From positions 59,210 to 123,209 of the forward strand of contig CAZFRD010000001.1 in assembly GCA_964521215.1 (NCBI GenBank): a stretch of DNA of 64,000 nucleotides. The letters run 5' to 3'. The stretch is from an uncultured Pseudomonadales bacterium. Lineage in GTDB: Bacteria; Patescibacteriota; Microgenomatia; UBA1400; PJMF01. The notes under the pieces are model-generated. The model was given only the letters and a program-made list of their open reading frames with translations. It ran no database searches and was not told the origin of the DNA. Made by a program: the position numbers and the translations under genes. Numbering within the stretch: the first letter of the stretch is position 1; the number at the start of each line of letters is the position of its first letter. This document shows positions 58,422 through 64,000 of the stretch, piece by piece.

Positions 58422-59174
58422 ATGTTGAATACCACCAAAACTACCAGTGCTGTAATTCATATCTTCCATGTTTCCAAGCTTTTTCGTAAGCAAAAACAGA
58501 AGACGTTTAAGGAGTTTTTACCGGCATTGTTTGGCGGTCAGTCAACGAGTGAGACTTTTTGGGCGCTCAGCGATATTGATCTGGAAATTAAAAAAGGGGA
58601 GACGTTTGGCATTATTGGTCCCAATGGTAGCGGCAAAAGCACCTTGCTCAAACTGATTGCAGGGGTGACCAAGCCCACCAAAGGCTCAATAAAGGTCAAT
58701 GGTCAGATCGCACCTCTAATTGAGTTGGGCGCCGGTTTTCATCCGGAATTGACAGGTAGAGAGAATGTAGTCTTGAATGGGGTGATCTTGGGGATGAAGC
58801 GGGTTGAGGTGGAAAAGAAATTTAAAGATATTGTGGATTTTGCCGAATTGTGGGAATTTATTGATCAACCCGTCAAACACTACTCGTCAGGCATGTACTT
58901 GCGTCTCGCATTTGCGGTGGCGGTGCATACCGATCCCGAAATTTTGTTGGTGGATGAAATCTTGGCCGTTGGTGATGCAGCGTTTCAAGCCAAGTGTATA
59001 GCAAAAATGAATGAGTTTCGTGAGCAGGGGAGGACGATTATTATCGTGACTCATGCTTTAGATACAGTCAAAAGTTTTTGTGGGCGGGCGGCTTTCTTGC
59101 TAAAAGGCTCACTGCAACAAATTGGCGAAGCATCTCAAGTAGTAGAAGCCTACAAAACACATGGTCAGCCTTAG
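58422..59174 (+). CDS. wzt: ABC exporter ATP-binding protein (Wzt/TagH-like)
   Basis: Walker A GPNGSGKSTLLK, signature YSSGMYLRLAFAVA, Walker B ILLVDE, and H-loop VTHAL. Confidence 0.8.
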   Translation: MLNTTKTTSAVIHIFHVSKLFRKQKQKTFKEFLPALFGGQSTSETFWALSDIDLEIKKGETFGIIGPNGSGKSTLLKLIAGVTKPTKGSIKVNGQIAPLIELGAGFHPELTGRENVVLNGVILGMKRVEVEKKFKDIVDFAELWEFIDQPVKHYSSGMYLRLAFAVAVHTDPEILLVDEILAVGDAAFQAKCIAKMNEFREQGRTIIIVTHALDTVKSFCGRAAFLLKGSLQQIGEASQVVEAYKTHGQP

Positions 59175-59220
59175 CCACACCATTGCAAAAATAAGTATTT
59201 TGTTTTAGAATTACTACCAT

Positions 59221-59877
59221 ATGAGTAGTATTACGCAAATGAAAGACACTTCAATCGTTTCCCAAAAGCCCTACCTAACCAGGCCGGAGTTGGGTTTGTT
59301 GTGGAGCAAAACTGGTCGTAATTTAGATAAATCAATCTTGAGTGCACTCAATAAAAAGGAGTTAATTGCACTAAAAAAAGGCATGTACGTATTTGCTAAT
59401 AGAATAAATTTGAATGACCAAAATCATACAGAGTTTATTGCCAATTCGCTTTGTTATCCTTCATATTTATCTTTAGAATACATTCTCCAATTAGAGAAAG
59501 TTATACCAGAATCGATTTTCGTGATGACGTCAATTACTGTTGGAAAAACCATCTCCTACACCAACGCCCTAGGTTCTTTTCAGTATCGATCAATTAAGCC
59601 AACCTTATTTATTGGATTCGCCAGGACTGACTACCTACAAGACTACCAAATCAAGCGGGCGACGTTAGCCAAAGCCCTATTCGATTGGCTCTACTTACAG
59701 CCTTTTCCCCGATCATTGAGAGGTAAACTCCGGGTATTACGTGATGCTCGCCTGAATTACACCAGTATTACTCACTCAGATCTGGAAGAGCTAAAAAAGT
59801 ATATCAAGACTTCCCAGTCGTTTAAAATGACCCAATTGTTGCAAATCTTAGAAGAGGAGATAAATCATGTTGATTAA
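59221..59877 (+). CDS. abiEi: AbiEi-like antitoxin (type IV TA)
   Basis: The N-terminal domain has ...LTRPELGLLW...LIALKKGMYVF.... It overlaps the downstream AbiEii gene by 11 nt. Confidence 0.55.
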   Translation: MSSITQMKDTSIVSQKPYLTRPELGLLWSKTGRNLDKSILSALNKKELIALKKGMYVFANRINLNDQNHTEFIANSLCYPSYLSLEYILQLEKVIPESIFVMTSITVGKTISYTNALGSFQYRSIKPTLFIGFARTDYLQDYQIKRATLAKALFDWLYLQPFPRSLRGKLRVLRDARLNYTSITHSDLEELKKYIKTSQSFKMTQLLQILEEEINHVD

Positions 59878-60691
59878 TGCCTTACAACAGGTGGTTGACG
59901 ATAATCGTCACCAGCCTTTTTTATACCAAAGAAACCTGCTCAAAGAAACTATTCAGGCTTACATTCTAAATTTTGTCTACTCCTCAGCCTATGCTGAGCG
60001 TTTCCTTTTCAAGGGTGGCACCTGTCTCAGGTTTTGCTTCGATCTACCTCGCTTATCAGAAGATCTGGATTTTGATGTAGTAGACCTAGTTGATGATGAC
60101 TATCAGAACTTAGTCGATGATTTAGCTGAATATATTCTTAAAAAACTTCGGTATGAACAAATGAACAGCTCGATCAAAGGTAAAAATAGAATCATTTACT
60201 TACAATTTCCCGTTTTAGCCAAGCTTGGTCTAAGTTCTGATTTGGCGACTCATTCAGACCAAGTTTTACACGTCAGGATTGACTTAGCGCCAATCAGGGG
60301 TCAGGGATTTACTCAAGAAGTGTCTCTGCAATCCACACCTGATTTTGCCTTTTTAATTCGTCGCTATGGTCTAGCTGATTTGTTTGCTGGTAAAGTAGCG
60401 GCTGTTTTGACCAGAGAAACTCTGGAAGCGGGGGTGATAGAGCCTAGATTTAAAGGTAGGGACTTTTTTGATATTTGGTGGCTACAATCAAAAGGAGTGG
60501 AATGGAATGAAAAATATCTAGAGTCGCTGGTTGGTGTGACTTCGCCAGCTGAGATCAAATCAGCTCTAAACGCCAAAATTATACAGGCCGCTGAAAAACA
60601 GCAGCTAATCAAGCAAGACCTACTACCATTCTTCTCCGAGCCCCAATTTGTGATCGATTTCGTCACCCATCTCGACCAGTTGCGGTTTTGA
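59867..60691 (+). CDS. abiEii: AbiEii/AbiGii nucleotidyltransferase toxin (DUF1814)
   Basis: FLFKGGTCLRFCFDLPRLSEDLDFDV. Confidence 0.75.
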   Translation: MLINALQQVVDDNRHQPFLYQRNLLKETIQAYILNFVYSSAYAERFLFKGGTCLRFCFDLPRLSEDLDFDVVDLVDDDYQNLVDDLAEYILKKLRYEQMNSSIKGKNRIIYLQFPVLAKLGLSSDLATHSDQVLHVRIDLAPIRGQGFTQEVSLQSTPDFAFLIRRYGLADLFAGKVAAVLTRETLEAGVIEPRFKGRDFFDIWWLQSKGVEWNEKYLESLVGVTSPAEIKSALNAKIIQAAEKQQLIKQDLLPFFSEPQFVIDFVTHLDQLRF

Positions 60692-60877
60692 TTAGTATTA
60701 CTATACCAGCACGCTTTTCATCAAGCACTTGATTTATTTTCCAATTAAAACTCATTCCGTTTTGGTTGCATCGATGTATCGCAGTCTTAAGTGATCAGCA
60801 AGACGATCGAGCCTTAGAGTCAGATTAGACACTTCCCGAAGATGAATAATTTTTTGGTATTTTTGCGGTATACTTGA

Positions 60878-62080
60878 GTGGTGAAAACTGCTTCAAAGAA
60901 GATTGTCTACTTCGTGCATTGCTATCCACCAGCTTTGGGTGGTTTAGAATTTTTAAGTGGGGAGATTGTTAAACAGCTTCGTGATGCGGGTCATGATGTC
61001 CAAGTTATAACGGGCAAGGGTAGTACCCTAGATAGCTACAAAACGTTTGATAAATGGGTTGATGAAGCAGCAGATCCTACCTTTATTCATCGTTTACCCC
61101 TGAATACGTTCGTACAAAGGCTGGCTAATAAATTTCTGAATAAGGTTATTTTTCTCACTGGTTCAGTTTCGCCTTGGTATTTTGGTCCGCTTCTTGAGTA
61201 TGATAAAAAGACACTAGATCTAATCCAGTCAGCCGATGTGATTATTGGCGCCGGTATGCCCACAATGATGTTTTACGATGCTTATCGGTTTGCCAGGCAG
61301 TATCAGAAGCGACTAATTGTTATACCAGCATATCATGATGTGAACTATTACAATCGCTCAGTACCATTCCAAAATGTTTTGAGTTTTGCCCATAAGGTGT
61401 TATTTCTTTCTCCGTTAGAAAAAAAACAATTACAAAAACACTATCGGATTGATTCCAAGAAGCTGGCGCAATATACGTATTGCCCATATACGAAAGCAGA
61501 AATGGAGTCGGCTCAGAGTAAATATGAAAAAAAACTAGTGGAGATTGAGCAAAAATTAGAGAAGGGTGAGGTAATAACAATTGGCTTTGTGGGGCAAATT
61601 ACATTACGGAAGAATTTTCAGTTTTTTGCCGATTTTATTCGGAATAATGGGGCAGAACTAAAGAGCAAAAAGGTTAGATTGAGATTTCTATTTGCTGGTG
61701 CACGGACTAATTCTTCTCCGCAGGTAGAATCACTGTTTAAAGATCTAGATGTGGATTTAAAGTTTGTGTATGATTTTGTAGATAAGAATGAAATCTACAA
61801 ACAAATAGATATTTTTATCAATCCATCAGAGGAGGAAAGCTTGGGACTAGTCAATTTTGATGCACTGGCACAGGGATTGCCGGTTTTTGTGCATACGGAT
61901 AGTGCGTTTGCATCAATATTAATTAATAATCGTACTCCAAATAATAATAGGGTAATACATAAGTTTAATAACGAACTGAAATTGTTACAATCATTGAACT
62001 ATATTCTAATCAGCAAATTAATAGAAACTCATGTAGACAAACAAACTTTATCCCATAAAATCATTAGTATTATTAATTAA
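60878..62080 (+). CDS. GT4-type glycosyltransferase
   Basis: The N-terminus IVYFVHCYPPALGGLEFLSGEIVKQLRDAGHDVQVIT is Glyco_trans_4-like. The C-terminus has DIFINPSEEESLGLVNFDALAQGLPVF. Confidence 0.55.
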   Translation: MVKTASKKIVYFVHCYPPALGGLEFLSGEIVKQLRDAGHDVQVITGKGSTLDSYKTFDKWVDEAADPTFIHRLPLNTFVQRLANKFLNKVIFLTGSVSPWYFGPLLEYDKKTLDLIQSADVIIGAGMPTMMFYDAYRFARQYQKRLIVIPAYHDVNYYNRSVPFQNVLSFAHKVLFLSPLEKKQLQKHYRIDSKKLAQYTYCPYTKAEMESAQSKYEKKLVEIEQKLEKGEVITIGFVGQITLRKNFQFFADFIRNNGAELKSKKVRLRFLFAGARTNSSPQVESLFKDLDVDLKFVYDFVDKNEIYKQIDIFINPSEEESLGLVNFDALAQGLPVFVHTDSAFASILINNRTPNNNRVIHKFNNELKLLQSLNYILISKLIETHVDKQTLSHKIISIIN

Positions 62081-62127
62081 TTTTGTATGTTATCGATTAC
62101 ATTGTAATAAAATACTTAGGGCCTATT

Positions 62128-63039
62128 ATGATTAGCTGTAATATTTGTAGTAAGAAGGATTTTGATTCAAAATGGTACAAGAAGTGGTGCGAGGAATTTA
62201 ATGAAAAACCAAGATACCATCGTAAACAATGGGAGCACTGTATAATTGCTGAAATTTTATCAGAGAGAGGATTACTGAAATCGGGTAAAAAGGGATTGGG
62301 ATTTGCAGTGGGTGAAGAACCATTACCATCTCTTTTCGCAAAGTGGGGCGTTAAGGTTTTAGCAACGGATATTGACCCAAAGTCAAAAACTGCTAAGTTG
62401 TGGGATAACGGCCAGTTATTAAAGAATAAAAATAAACTTTGGAAAAATATTGGATCAAAAAAACAGTTTAATGAGCTTGTTTCTACTAGTTCAGTAGATA
62501 TGAACAATATTCCAAAAGAATTATTAAAACACAAATTTGATTTTAATTGGTCATCATGCTCATTTGAACATTTGGGCTCAATTCAAAAAGGTATTGAATT
62601 TATAATTAAACAAATGGATTCTGTAAAAGAAGGAGGCTGGTCAATACATACTACTGAATTGAATCTCTCGTCCAATCAGAGCACTCTTGAGAATGAAAAT
62701 CTGGTTGTTTATCGTTTAAAAGATATATATCGTATGATAGATAGACTAGAAGCAAAAGGCTGTATAGTAGAACCACTTATACTTACCACAGGTACTTCAA
62801 AGATCGAAAAGTATGTTGATTTACCTCCATATGTTCAATCTCCACACCTTCGGTTATTGTTGGCTAATTTTGTATCGACATCAATAGTCTTAATAATTCA
62901 AAAACGAGCTACATTTAATAACTCTTTTAGAAGAATTTACAGACTCTTTGAGTATTACTACAATCTATTTGTACTAAAATTCTACTATTACGCTTTTTTG
63001 AGAGCCCCGTTAAAACAAAGGTTAGCAAATGCCAAATAA
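62128..63039 (+). CDS. putative SAM-dependent methyltransferase
   Basis: GLGFAVGEEPLPSLFAKWGVKVLATDIDP is motif-I-like. The start is uncertain. Confidence 0.35.
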   Translation: MISCNICSKKDFDSKWYKKWCEEFNEKPRYHRKQWEHCIIAEILSERGLLKSGKKGLGFAVGEEPLPSLFAKWGVKVLATDIDPKSKTAKLWDNGQLLKNKNKLWKNIGSKKQFNELVSTSSVDMNNIPKELLKHKFDFNWSSCSFEHLGSIQKGIEFIIKQMDSVKEGGWSIHTTELNLSSNQSTLENENLVVYRLKDIYRMIDRLEAKGCIVEPLILTTGTSKIEKYVDLPPYVQSPHLRLLLANFVSTSIVLIIQKRATFNNSFRRIYRLFEYYYNLFVLKFYYYAFLRAPLKQRLANAK

Positions 63040-64000
63040 TAAACTTAACAATCGAAAAAGAAAACTCGATCTTATTTCAGAAATACACAAACTAGATAGC
63101 GATCTAATTCCAACATTTTTACAAGAGCTTGACTCGCTCCCATCAGACTTCAAGCAAGACCTTAATAATCAACAAAGAATTGAATTAATTACTGCAATTA
63201 AAGAGCATTACTACACATTTTCCCCATCTGCAAAAAATAAGAAGTTTGGATTTCTTAAAGAATTTGTTTATAAGCAATTATTTAAATATTTGCACAAGCA
63301 AATTCATTTCAATGATTATATAAAATCGCTCTTAGTGATACATGATTCATATATCACTAATTTACTGCAGTTATGTGAGAGTTTAGAGAGTCGGTTAAGT
63401 AATTTACAGATAGAAAATACTCCGAACAAACAACCATATGATTTTCAGTTAGTTACGCAAAATAAACTAAATTCAGTCTATGAGATGATGAAACTAACAA
63501 TAATAGATGATAAACATATTCCTTATAGCAGCGGAGATAAAATCTATTATTCTCAATTTGGGGAGGATGAGTGGCTTATCAATAATTTAAAACTTCCAAA
63601 ACTGGGTTATTTTGTTGATATAGGTGCAGCCGATGGTATTACTTTTTCAAATACTTATTATTTTGAAAAAATTGGCTGGAATGGCATTTGTTTCGAGCCA
63701 AATCCAGAAAACTATGAGTTGGCAAAAAAGTTTAGAAAGAATGTCATCCCATTTGCAGTATCAAGTGGGTCTGGTTCTAGAACTTTTTGTATAGATTCTT
63801 CATCACCTGACTGGTCCCATCTTGTTCCGGTATCGAATAATCAAACTAAAATAAAGACGAATAATCATAACATTTCAGTTAAAGCGGTTAGCTTAAGACA
63901 AATTGTCGAAGAAAACAATATAAAACAAATCGATATACTCAGTATTGATACTGAAGGTACAGAGATTGATGTTCTTAATTCATTTAATATACGCAAGATT
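63029..64000 (+). CDS. FkbM-family methyltransferase (3' end beyond window)
   Basis: FGEDEWL...GYFVDIGAADGITFSNTYYFEKIGWNGICFEPNPENYELAKKFRKN...DILSIDTEGTEIDVL. This ORF is not in the supplied track because it runs off the end of the window. Confidence 0.65.
   Translation, partial: MPNNKLNNRKRKLDLISEIHKLDSDLIPTFLQELDSLPSDFKQDLNNQQRIELITAIKEHYYTFSPSAKNKKFGFLKEFVYKQLFKYLHKQIHFNDYIKSLLVIHDSYITNLLQLCESLESRLSNLQIENTPNKQPYDFQLVTQNKLNSVYEMMKLTIIDDKHIPYSSGDKIYYSQFGEDEWLINNLKLPKLGYFVDIGAADGITFSNTYYFEKIGWNGICFEPNPENYELAKKFRKNVIPFAVSSGSGSRTFCIDSSSPDWSHLVPVSNNQTKIKTNNHNISVKAVSLRQIVEENNIKQIDILSIDTEGTEIDVLNSFNIRKI

Noticed and set aside
1-64000. CRISPR arrays, rRNA or tRNA genes
   Set aside because: No regularly spaced direct repeats and no rRNA- or tRNA-like conserved blocks were seen on manual reading. 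A tRNAscan or Rfam run would be needed to fully exclude small RNAs.

Overview
This is a gene-dense window (about 40% GC; TGA is used as a stop codon, and several adjacent genes overlap by start and stop codons sharing the four bases ATGA, or by a few codons). The gene content looks like a small-genome bacterium of the Candidate Phyla Radiation (CPR)/Patescibacteria type.

The most notable system is a complete diversity-generating retroelement (DGR) at about 1.5-5.4 kb:
- a 666-aa target gene whose last ~45 codons form the variable repeat (VR, 3405..3540);
- a 136-nt template repeat (TR, 3906..4041) 365 nt downstream; the two differ at 21 positions, 18 of them where TR has A, and TR is rich in AAC/AAT codons;
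- an Avd-like four-helix-bundle accessory gene on the opposite strand;
- a DGR-type reverse transcriptase carrying a 1-nt frameshift at a T-run/slippery heptamer.

The rest of the window holds:
- housekeeping genes (mscL, a KefB-like antiporter, glgP, fbaB, an M29 aminopeptidase, rdgB, ybaB, dnaX, ybeY, gltX, trmD);
- a large leucine-rich-repeat (LRR) surface-protein gene with seven in-register 60-nt tandem repeats and a C8 tract at its 5' end;
- a roughly 38-kb cell-envelope glycopolymer island containing:
  - dTDP-rhamnose genes rfbBCD and an LCP family ligase;
  - a Wzx-like flippase and seven GT2/GT4 glycosyltransferases;
  - five tandem GT39/PMT-like GT-C paralogs;
  - two PTPS-related membrane-protein paralogs and three paralogs of an unnamed membrane family;
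  - an epimerase and FkbM methyltransferases;
  - a Wzm/Wzt ABC exporter whose two genes are separated by three toxin-antitoxin modules (BrnTA and two AbiE-like pairs).

A roughly 70-nt imperfect-palindromic repeat occurs twice, each time in a convergent intergenic gap. No rRNA, tRNA or CRISPR array was recognised by eye.
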